A DNA stretch of 63,893 nucleotides, filler included, from Conidiobolus incongruus B7586 (lineage: Eukaryota): assembly GCA_000697335.1 (NCBI GenBank). It is 8 parts of 8 records of this genome, joined end to end, with 100 filler letters (N's around TTAATTAATTAA, not from the genome) between each part and the next. Parts side by side here need not be neighbours in the genome. Positions count along the whole stretch, not along the records: positions 1 to 5,336 come from JNEM01006630.1; positions 5,437 to 14,460 come from JNEM01006631.1; 6 more parts are not named here. One strand, given 5' to 3'. Position numbers and translations under genes: made by a program. Shown here one piece after another: positions 1-10,722 of this stretch (positions are counted from its first letter, which is position 1; the number at the start of each line of letters is the position of its first letter). The notes beneath the pieces were generated by a model. It was given only the letters and a program-made list of their open reading frames with translations. It did not search any database and had not been told where the DNA came from.

Positions 1-1287
1 TATAATTATTTTAAATTAATATTTTAAATAATATTAATATTAAAACACCTAAATCCCTCTTTAGAAAGATTTATTTGTATATTAATCAATTTTATGATAA
101 AGGTAAATCAACTTATAAAATTATTATAATTATTAATGTTAGTTAATTTATTATAGTTAAGGTTATTAAAAATTATGATAAAGATATATCTAAACCTAAA
201 CTTAAATATGTTAAGATTATAAATAAATATAATAAAAGGTATATTTATAGGTTAATTAATATAAATAATTATAATATTATTATAGAAGTATAGAAAGAAT
301 TATAAAACTATGTAAGAATATTCATTAATATTAATAATATTATATATACTTTATATTATAATAGATATTACTTATATTTTAAGAAAAATCACCTTTAATT
401 GAAAAAATCCCATTATAAAATTAGGTAAGAGTTTAAATGTCACCATTAAAGTTAAACTAAAATTAATTAGAGAAAAGTTATTTAATTTGATAAAACAAAA
501 ATATATCTTAATTAAGTTAATGAAAAAGTTAAATATTTCAGAAAAAACAAATAATTACTTTATAACCATTATGTTATTTTATCCCAAAAATATAATAATA
601 GGTTAATTATAGTTTAAAGTTATATATTATCTTTTGGTGTAAGATATTTTTATAAAGCAGATAGGGGAATTAATATCAAGCTATACTAAAATATTTTAAA
701 TAATAAATTAAAAAAAACTATTGAGTAGTATAGATTAAATTAATCAGATATTATTTTCTAACTAAATAATGCCTTTTGATATACTATTATTTCTATTATC
801 AAATGGTTTAAAAATAATAAAATAATTGTTATAAAGTAGCTTCTTTAATCTTATAACTTTAATCTAATTAAATATCTTTAGGATTAGTTAAAAAAATAAT
901 TAAAGTTTTCCCACTAGCAAAAAATTTCAATAAGTTTTAAGAATATGTTTTACAAGCTTAAAATAAAATTAATCTTTTTTAATATAAGAGATTAATTAAC
1001 TTTATACCTTATAAACTTAATAAAGTTAAAAAAGCAAAAGATAAATATACTAAAGTTTTAATTTCTTTTTTATAACCAAAATATATAAATTTATGACTTA
1101 TCTTAACTAAAATTTAAATTTTAATATATCAACTAAAAATTAATATAATTAAATCAAGTATATTTAATTATAAATAAATTATATAAGTTTATTATATATT
1201 TTAATTTAAATTAATTTAATTAAGAATTAACAGAGTTATTAAAATATATATAATAATAGTTTTATAACTTACTTTTGTAGTCTAGTG
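1..1287 (+). mobile_element. Degenerate Tc1-like (DD34E) DNA transposon, 3' part (5' end outside window)
   Basis: Translation near 600-900 gives ...IIF*LNNAF*YT...KWFKNNKI..*LL*SYNFNLIKYL*D*LKK, a decayed form of the Tc1 motifs FQQDNAPCH and WPPQSPDLNPIEHLW. It ends in acttacttttgtagtctagtg followed by TA, and is an inverted copy of 14561-16124. Confidence 0.8.
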
Positions 1288-1289
1288 TA

Positions 1290-2484
1290 TATATATATTA
1301 AAGTTTAATTATATTTTTATTTAAATATTTTGATTTTGAAATTTACACTAAAATTTAATTAATCTTAAATTAGATAATAATTATCAAAAGGCTTTTATTT
1401 TTGTATCTTTAAAACTTAACCATAAACCTTTTAAAATCATCAAAACTTATAAATAGTTTATAAAAATGGTGTTTTATTTAAAACTACCATATATTGCTGG
1501 ATTTGTGATTTTAAAGATAAAAAAGATATTATTTAAAATTTATTAAAATCTAAAGGATTAATTTCTTTTGTTATTCTTTTAGCTTACTAATAAAATCAAA
1601 AAATATATTAAGAAATATGTTTTTTTATTGTTAAAAAATTATTAAAATAATTTAATATTAATTATATAAGCATATTATATATACTTAAGTTTAAACTTAG
1701 TTTATACAATAAAAATACCAAATAGATATTTTATAATATAATAAAAACCTAAAGAAACTTAAAATAGCTATAGTTAAATTATACTTATTAAGGTATAGCT
1801 AAAAATAAAAGTTTTTACAATGAATACTTATAATTAACAAATCTTAAAATTATTTTATATAATCTGTTATTTAAAAATAAAACAAAATATTAGGTTAAGT
1901 TAAATTAATCCCTTTTATAAATTCTAATAAATAAATTCTTTAAATATAAGTTAGTGTTAATTATTATAATAAATTAAAATATTATATAGTTTTTTTATTT
2001 AATATCTTAAGGAGAATTAATTAATAGTAAATTATATATTATTGTTTTAAATAAAACAATTTTTAATTAATATTCTCAATATAAATTAACAACACCTATT
2101 ATTTTATATAATAATTATAAAATATATAAAGTTAAAATTATAAAGTTTTTTATATAAGAAAAACTAAAGAGAGTTACCACATCTAATATATTAACCTGAT
2201 TATAACCTATATGATTATAATTGTTTTAGATAATTAAAAAAACAGCTTACAGGAAAAAAATTCCTGCAAATAAATTAAATTGGTTTGTGAATTATCAAAT
2301 ATCAGTCTTTAATAAAAAGAACTATTTTTTAAGTATTAGAAGCTTACCTAAAGTATAACAAAAAGTTATTAATAATAAAAGAGGCTATTAATTTTATATT
2401 ATTTATTAATTCTTATATATTATTTATTAATTTAATTTTTAATTTTAATTTAAAAATTGTGCTATTATTTAATTTCTGCACTTA
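1290..2484 (+). mobile_element. Degenerate mariner (DD34D) element, interrupted at its 5' (TA)n tract by the Tc1 element
   Basis: Colinear with 4890-5792 and with the reverse complement of 47766-49092. The right TIR reads aattgtgctattatttaatttctgcactta then TA. Many in-frame stops. Confidence 0.85.
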
Positions 2485-2615
2485 TAGATTTTATATAATA
2501 TATTTTTTCAATTAATTAAAATTAATATGTTTTAATGAATAGATAAGTCAAAATTTGTATAATTAGAGGATAATTAATCAATATTCATTTATTCTCAATA
2601 CATTTTTTATAATAT

Positions 2616-2913
2616 TGTTATAATGTCAGTTACTAGCAGTATATAAAGTAATTAGCTGTGGCAGGTAAGCTACTGTTATTATGTGACAGTACTAGATTGA
2701 AGTTTTTGTTAAGTAGGTAAAAAAATAAAATTATTTTATGAGAGGACTACTGACCTTCTTTATAAGACTTATGGCATCAGTTCTTTTATAATTCAATTTT
2801 CAGCTAAAGATAGCATCTAGAGGCGATATAGGTTTTCAAGAGAATTAAACCTGTATAGTAGAGCAATGTGTCTTCTGGAGCAACATCTCCATAAGGTATT
2901 AGATGGCGAGACA
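2616..2913. mobile_element. Probable solo LTR (298 bp)
   Basis: Begins TGT and ends ACA, with a 5-bp direct repeat AATAT on both sides (2611-2615, 2914-2918). GC is higher than the flanks. Confidence 0.55.
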
Positions 2914-3229
2914 AATATGCTCGGGCGGATTACCATCTTGATAATCACAGTGCTATTTCGAATTCTGAATAAATGCATGTTTCATGAGAAAAATATAGAT
3001 TCATAGAGTATATTTGATATATTTTATACTCTTAAATATATATTTTACAATTATCATGAATTAATTATATCTAAGATTTATATGTTATCAATATTTTCAA
3101 CGTCATTTGTAACAAATCGTTAAAATATATAATAATTAATGTTATTAATAATTTAGTAATATATATGCTATTTGATGAACTTGTATAAAATATTTTGAGT
3201 GGTGCGATACATACTTAATTTATAAGCAT

Positions 3230-3574
3230 ATTTTGTATTTCATAATAAGTTTTGTAAATAAAGATGGTCATTAGAAAAGTACTCGTAATACGATTTAGCA
3301 AATTATTTATTGATCCTGCTCTTTAACTAATCGGGACAGTATATCTTAAAGCTGACTTACTGTTGAAATGTCGTAGCAGAATATTCTGAACCCTCTTCTA
3401 TTCTTGTCACTTCTTGGTTCAAATCGTTCATTAAGTGACATCGGATTTGGATAAATTCTAATAAAAGAAGAAAGAGAGCATCCTCGATTAAAGACTAGCA
3501 AAACCACGAAAAATGAGAGGTAATATAGACTTAACTATCGAGTCGAGACGGACAGGTGTTTTTAAGATGCAACA
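3230..3574. mobile_element. Solo-LTR-like repeat, inverted homolog of 63206-63568
   Basis: Shares blocks such as ttagaaaagtactc, tcctgctctttaac, tcgggac, cttactgttga, tcgtagcagaatattc and ggatttggataaa with the reverse complement of 63206-63568. Ends ...gatgcaaca; possible TSD agcat/agtat. Confidence 0.65.
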
Positions 3575-4775
3575 AGTATTTGAATTTTTAATGATCAAAT
3601 ATCAATATATTATAAAGCTAAAATAATAATTAGCATTCAATTAGATATAATCCATTATAATTTATATAATGAACTTGATTTTTTTATTTATACATCTATT
3701 TATTATTTATAATTGAAATCTACTTTTTATATAGTTCCAAAATAATTTTCTTTATTATACGTGTTTATAAAAATATCTTTAGATATTTATATTGTATTAG
3801 GAGTTAATTCATAAGTATCATTACCCATCATTCAAATAAATTATATATATACATATATATCACAACTTATTCGAAACTGATAGACTCATAACTGATTTTT
3901 CATTTATATATTATAAGTTAATAAAATTTATTTAAGTCAAAAAATTAATTATCTCCCAATCTGAAATAATTTTTTTGATTATAATAATGCTTTGACCTAT
4001 ACAAGTTCACAAAAATTCATTATAATAAATGTCATTAATATATCTGATTATTAATTACAATGTAAAAGCTAAGCTTTGCTTACTCCCACAATCCATTTTA
4101 ATGACATCTAGTATCCTCCTTTCAATCCTCCAAAAATTCTGATATTGTAAGATTCTGTGATTAGTTTAAATATTTAATTTTAGCGATTTCAAATTTCAAG
4201 TGAAACACAGAAACTCTTACTAATACAACTGGAGTCATAATTGCAAACTCATCAAAGAGGCTGAAAGTCCGAATTTCACTTATCATTTGACAGTTGCGAT
4301 ACTGAGAACAAATTCGATAAATCTTGAGATTAATTAAAAAGGGTTGAGATTGTTATGTTGCTTGAAATGATTAATATACCACTATCCAATTCAGATAATT
4401 GGGATAAAATAGGTTATAAATATTCAATTATAAAATAGTTGATGATACTATATAATTCGATTTCTTTCTACTTTGTATATTAATTATCACAAATTATCCA
4501 TTGTATGGTAAAAATATTTTTAATTAAAAAATAATTAAAGATGTAATTTTTTTTTGAATAAATTCAAAAAAGAAACAAATATAGATATATATTAATTACT
4601 CTTATTCAATAATTAAAAATCCTTTTTAAATAAAGTTAATATTATATTGGTATTTTATAGATTGAATTCTTTGTTTTAGGTTAAATAGATATGGTGTTAA
4701 AGAGTGGTAAAATTCAAATTTAGAGCTAATTAGAAAAGATTTATGAAAATAATCAATTTAATGATACTATTAGTA

Positions 4776-5792
4776 TTAGTATGGAAATTAAGAAATGGCA
4801 AATTTTTTAATTTCCGATCTTTCAAACATATTATACATTTTGAAAGATTATATATATATAAAATATATAGGAAAACAAATATTTTCAAACTATATATATA
4901 TATTCAATTTTAATTATTTTTTTTATTAAAATATTTTGATTTTAAAATTTACACTTAAATTTAATCATGCTTAAACCAGATTGTGATTATCAAAAGGCTT
5001 TTATTTTTGTATCTTTAAAACTTAACCATAAACCCTCTAAAATCATCCAAAACTTACAAACAGCTTATGGAGATGGTGCTTTATCTAAAACTACCATATA
5101 TTGCTGGATTTGTGATTTTAAAGCTAGAAGGGACACTATTCAAAATTTACCAAAATCTAGAAGACCAATTTCTACTGTCACTTTTTCACTTACCAATAGA
5201 GTAAAAAAATATATTAAGAAATACCCTTTTATTTCTGCTAGAGAACTATCAAAGTAATTTAATATTAATCATACAAGCATGTTATATTTACTTAAGTTTA
5301 AACTTAGATTAATTAATAAAAATGCAAAATGGATACNNNNNNNNNNNNNNNNNNNNNNNNNNNNNNNNNNNNNNNNNNNNTTAATTAATTAANNNNNNNN
5401 NNNNNNNNNNNNNNNNNNNNNNNNNNNNNNNNNNNNTAAAGCTGTAAAAGATTTTTTATATAAAAAAAATTGGAGGGAGTTACCACATCTAGTATATTCA
5501 CCTGATTATAATCCATGTGATTATAATTGTTTTGGACAATTAAAAAAACAGCTTGCAGGAAAAAAAATTCCTGCAAACAAATTAAATTGGTTCATGAAAC
5601 ATCAAATTTCAGTCCTTAATAAAAAGAACTGTTTTTTAGGTATTAGAAGCTTACCAAAGGTATGGAAAAGAGTTATTAATAATAAAGGAGGCTATTAATT
5701 TTATATTATTCATTAAATTTTATATATTATTTATTAATTTATTTGTTTAATTTTAATTTTAAAATTGTGCCATTACTTAATTTCTGCACTAA
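4776..5792 (+). mobile_element. Mariner (DD34D) DNA transposon, least-decayed copy; contains an assembly gap
   Basis: Imperfect ~30-bp TIRs (ttagtatggaaattaagaaatggc / gccattacttaatttctgcactaa) with TA on both sides. ORF 4967-5257 is a mariner N-terminal HTH (AYGDGALSKTTIYCW..F). The motif YSPDYNPCDYNCF lies near 5495-5533. Premature stop at 5255. Confidence 0.9.
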
Positions 5793-5976
5793 TATCTCAA
5801 TATAACACATATTTAATTTCAATTAGATTTAAACTGATCCTCATAATTAGTATAATGCAAGTAAAATTTCAATATTTGACAAACAATTTCGATCATTGTA
5901 AAACTTGGTAATTTTTGTTGAATATATAAGGAGAAATTGAGGAAAGATTGAGGGAATATTGTAAGATATTTAAATC

Positions 5977-6723
5977 ATGGAAGTAGATCGCGTATTAAAT
6001 CTTGTAAACGTTTGCAGTATTACATTTTGTATAATTTTAACTGTGAATAGTTTGACGTATTGCCTCGTTTTGAATATGAGAATAATTGACAAAATTAACC
6101 TAATTATTCAATTTATTGGTCTATTAAATTGTATTATATTCGAAGTTGGGCTAATATTGATTAATAATAATTATCTAAAGCAATATCCAGCAGCTGAAGC
6201 TTTAATTATTAACATCCCATGGCAAATTTATGTTGGATGCTATTTTATTGTGTTTTATAGGCAATCTGATATATTATTACCACGAAAACTATATTATGCT
6301 ACCTGGGCTTATTTTGTGATATTAAATGCTGTAGAATTTTATGATACTTATGTATTTTATATGGAATATGTAGTCTCGGAAGAAGACTATTGGTATTTAG
6401 GTTCTTTGATGGACTTTATTATGTCCCTTATGTTTTTGTTCATTGAGTGTGTTATCAATATCTATATTATAGTCCGAGTATTCAACAAAATTCGTCATCA
6501 ATCAAATCCTCACTATAAAATATTAGTGGCTAAATTGGGATTCGTTTTATTCTTATATCTTACACTTGATATCATTTTAATGTCATTAGATATTACTAAT
6601 AATCAAATGTATGCTTGCATTTTTTGGGGAATCAACTATGGTTTTAAAATTCAGATGGAAACTTTATGCTTAGGTAAAATTAGAGAGGTCGTCATAATTA
6701 TGGAAAATTATGAAAATGCTTAA
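5977..6723 (+). CDS. Seven-transmembrane integral membrane protein (GPCR-like, fungal family of unknown function)
   Basis: Intact intronless 248-aa ORF with seven hydrophobic segments. The C-terminal YGFKIQMETLCLGKI resembles the YxxKLKLEFxxLxxL motif of fungal 7-TM proteins. Confidence 0.75.
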   Translation: MEVDRVLNLVNVCSITFCIILTVNSLTYCLVLNMRIIDKINLIIQFIGLLNCIIFEVGLILINNNYLKQYPAAEALIINIPWQIYVGCYFIVFYRQSDILLPRKLYYATWAYFVILNAVEFYDTYVFYMEYVVSEEDYWYLGSLMDFIMSLMFLFIECVINIYIIVRVFNKIRHQSNPHYKILVAKLGFVLFLYLTLDIILMSLDITNNQMYACIFWGINYGFKIQMETLCLGKIREVVIIMENYENA

Positions 6724-7327
6724 TTATCATCAATGTAATGATAATTTTGAATATATTCAAATAAACACCAGTTTTATATTTCATTTTTAAATTGTTTTTT
6801 CAATATCTTTTAGCCTAATGTATTGTAAGAACTTATTATAAAAACTAACTCTTGTTTATTATATTATTGCAAATATTTTTTGTGATAATTAATTCAAAGT
6901 TTTATAAAAATATAATAAAAAATTATATTACAATATCAAAAAAAATCTAAAATATCATTATTATAATTATAAAATTTACAATTATCATATGATATATTAT
7001 TTTATATCACACCAAACTTTAAAAATTTATACTTTGAAAACAATTTTAATTATATTATATTAAATCTGTTATGAGGTTAGTTATAATATTATGGTTTTTT
7101 GATTGTGAAAAATGTTATATAATTCTTGGATTTCAATCCATATTAACAATTATAATGTTAAATTAAGAAATAATTCCATAGTTTTGATTTGAAAATGGAT
7201 GTTTCAACATTATTTAAAATGGTTTAAAAGTGAATCACTGAAATCATTTATTAAATATATTTATAAACTTTTAATAACACATAAATTAATTGGCTAATTC
7301 TATCAATTTTAATTTTTCATTAATTAT

Positions 7328-7662
7328 TAACACGCCTTGGGAAGGCCGTGTCTAGATTAGTTTAGATAAAAGAGAGAGAGATTTGAGGAATTCCAGGTAA
7401 GTGTTAGGGGGGCAGAGGGTTTGTTGGTTTAAGATATATAACTGGGAGGACCCAGATCGAACTTCTCTCGTTGAGGATAGCTCTAACTCCGGGTTTTATA
7501 TAGAGTGAATTGGGTAATGTGATTCATGAGATTCTCCGATGACTTGAATCATCGACCAAGTGCAAGATAAAGCGGGAGCAGATGGTATGCAAAAGGAAAA
7601 TGACTTTACCATTAGGTTGATGTAAAAATACTTGGGTAGAAGGGAATCACTTGGCTCGTGAA
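7328..7662 (-). mobile_element. Possible old solo LTR
   Basis: GC-richer island with inverted ends (cacg...cgtg), flanking attat repeats, and a minus-strand TATATAAAA followed by a (CT)n tract. The layout resembles the LTR at 33007-33562, but canonical TG..CA ends are absent. Confidence 0.35.
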
Positions 7663-8618
7663 ATTATATTTAATGTAATATTCCTAGATATTAAACAACC
7701 AATCACTAGTAGAATTTTATTATATTTTCAAAAAATGATAAAACAAATTTTATAGCTTTATGAAATATAAAATTTTAAAATAAAATATTTGAAAAATAAT
7801 ATATTTATTATATATCAAAGTTTTGATAAATAACATGATTAAATTTTTGATATAGAATATTTGAAAGTTGATTTTTCCAGTATTTAAAATGAACAATATT
7901 TGGTTCTAGTATAATATATATTCAAGAATATTTTGTAGTATAAAAAATATTTATAATAGAAATAGCTAATACATAAATTCATAAGCAATAAAAGAACTCA
8001 TTAATATCACTTGAACTTTGTGAAATTATTAAATATTATTTATATGAACCAAATGGAATCAATGGTGTTATATAAATATATTAAATAATTTTATATTGCA
8101 AACCGATACATTACCTATTATTATAATATTATAAGTTTAAAAATTTAACCAGCAGTAGGGTTTTTTGGATATCATCTAATATCTAATTATTAATGGTTAT
8201 ATTCAAATATAGATATGGATAAATAAACTTCATCTAATATTAGTAATGAAAATTGTTTTATATAGCATTATTGTTAGTGAATATTAAAAGGGAAATTGAA
8301 AATTCAGAGTATTGTGTAATTTTTAGATTTCTGAAATGTTGATAGGATTCTATCAAGAATATTAAAAATAAATTGAGCTTAAATTGAATGAAAAATGAAT
8401 TTAAATTAGCATTGTTAATAACTTTCAAACCCAAAAAAAATTGAATTTCAACATGGATATTTTCTTTTCTGTATTAATATCAATTTAAGAAAAGCAATTT
8501 ACTCAAAATAGATGATTTTATAATATATTCCATAGGAGAAGCAAAAAAATTTTTCTATCAATCTAAGACCGAAAATTTGAGTGGGTTGAAGAAATATTTT
8601 ATTAATCGACTATTGAAC

Positions 8619-9340
8619 AATAGATGTAGACCGGGAAATAAATATTGTTTACATATTCATAATTTCCTTTATGGACAATGAAATAATCAGTAAAATGATT
8701 TATTTTTTGAATGAGAGATTTATCGACAAACTGAATCTTGTCCTTCAATTCATCAGAGGAGTAGAATTTATTATTTTTGCATTGAAATTAACATTAGTTA
8801 GTAGCAAATTCTTAAAAGAATATTCAGCAAATGATCTTTGAATTATCGATATTCCTTTGCAAATTTATGTGTACTTCTATTTCATCCTCTTTTATTTTCA
8901 AATTGATATTGACTTACTAAATTCTATTTCATTACTTAACTTTATTATATTAACCACTGTTGAATTTTAGCATATATGTATTTTTATAAAATATATGGTA
9001 AATGAAAAAGAATATGATTATTTAAGCTGTTTGATTTCATCATGTTTCAAATGTTTTTGTCAATTGGGTGTTTTTAATATTTAGATTATGATAAAAGAGT
9101 ATTCAGAGAATCAATTATCAACCAAATTCACTTTATATAGTCTTAATGGCTGAACTGAGACTTATTTCATGTTTTATCTCACACTAAATATAATATTAAT
9201 GACATCAAGTATTATTAGCCATTAAATGTATCCTTTAATTTTTCGGTCAATCAACTATGGTTTAAAAATTAAGATGGTGACAATCAGTTTAGATAGAATT
9301 CGGTAGGCTGCCATGGTAGTGGGATGTGGTCGTAATGATT
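8619..9340 (+). pseudogene. Decayed paralog of the 7-TM gene at 5977-6723
   Basis: Colinear similarity, e.g. gatattcctttgcaaatttatgt vs aacatcccatggcaaatttatgt and atcaactatggtttaaaaattaagatgg vs atcaactatggttttaaaattcagatgg. Contains stops and frameshifts. Confidence 0.75.
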
Positions 9341-10249
9341 GTCTATTAAAGTGTGTTAAATATATTAACTATTAATTCTATTATAATTCAGTTATTATAA
9401 TTTCCAATCTTATTCTTTTGAAATAAATAATGATATATATTATATCCTATATGTATACTGTTTATAAATCTAATATTTATTATACTTAAATTTTTTATAT
9501 GTCATCTTTTCAATTAATGTGAGTACTGAGAGCATTAGGTTTTGACAATTTATTATACAATTAATATTTTAAATTGTATTAAAAAATTGTTACTATAATA
9601 CAATTTTGTAACTGATAGAGCTATATTTTCTGAATAATAAACAGGATTTGAAACTATAATATATCATTTTAAACTTTATATTCTATATTTAATAAATTTT
9701 ATTCTAATTTTGAATATATATATTCAAAAAAACAAAAAAAAAATATGAATCAATAATTCAATTAGGACTGATAAATTTCTTCTATATTATATTTGATTAA
9801 TACACAAGTAATATATATTAATTAATTAACTCTATTAAAATATATTATTATGCTAATAGCATTATTTTCTTTTTTCCTAAATTATTATAACTCTTCCATA
9901 AAAGTTAAATAATAACTTGTATATGTTGATAGCCACTTTTTTCAATACATCGAGTTTATTATTTTATCCGAATTTCTAATCAACATTATCTAAGTAATGT
10001 TTGATCGACCATTTTTTGATTGATAATTTAATCATTAGTTTGATTTGAGAATTGAAGTATAGTAGATTAAAAGGTAACAAATAAATTAATTTAAATTATA
10101 AATCATCCCAAAAATATAAAATTCATTTAATGTAATTGATTTAGTTTGATATTGTCAAAAATTTTAATATTCATTATATTTACTCAATATGAGTTAATTT
10201 ACCTATTTGTCTATTTTCAAATTTTATAGTTCAATTATTAATAATTTAA

Positions 10250-10722
10250 AATAAACGCCATACTAACTGTTGCCTGAAGTAACAACAGTCCGATTTCAAT
10301 TACTGTTTTGACGAATGGAGCCCCCAAATAGGTGAGCACTTTTCGCACCATATAGGGAGCAGCAGCTACAAGCTGGGCAGCCAAACGAACCCTGACCACT
10401 TCATCGTATCGAGTTACTCTAGGATCTACTAGAGATAAGTTCGACATTGTGTCCGGATCAATTTCACCAAAATAAACGTTTCAAATTTAATGAATCAAAC
10501 AACCGATGGTTGCTTAATTTGATAGTAACCAATTTGTCATCTTTTATTAGTGCGCTTATATAAGGTTTTATAGTCCTTAGCCGATTAATTCTTGACGGGA
10601 TTATAGACATTGTGCTAATGGCTGTTCGTAACCAAGCAGGGAAACTCACTCGATAGTATAGTCACCTATCCGAGGGACATATGAAAACTTAATGTCGGTC
10701 AGTCACTCAGTTGGTGAAAATA
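10250..10722. other. Unidentified GC-richer island with many potential hairpins (candidate structured ncRNA)
   Basis: Stems include actgttg/caacagt, cagct/agctg, ctctag/ctagag, ggttgct/agtaacc, attagtgcg/tgtgctaat, ttatagtcc/ggattatag and tttcaccaa/ttggtgaaa. No LTR ends or TSD found and no convincing ORF. Confidence 0.3.

Noticed and set aside
3495..3525. aaaaccacgaaaaatgagaggta resembles part of U3 snoRNA
   Set aside because: No box A, B, C or D context, and it lies inside a dispersed repeat whose sister copy does not conserve it.
5337..5436. Recurrent TTAATTAATTAA between N-runs (also ~14505, 16367, 28165, 59207, 61032, 62458)
   Set aside because: Identical 100-bp N-spacer cassette with stops in all frames; an assembly gap marker, not biology.
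10238..10649. Two short minus-strand ORFs (69 and 61 aa)
   Set aside because: No recognisable motifs; expected by chance in a GC-richer block.
10305..10680. RNase MRP-like (gggggctccattc on minus strand), group I-like (tatagtc, gcagccaa) and group II domain-V-like words
   Set aside because: Partner motifs are missing, non-canonical or out of order; cannot be assigned without a covariance search.
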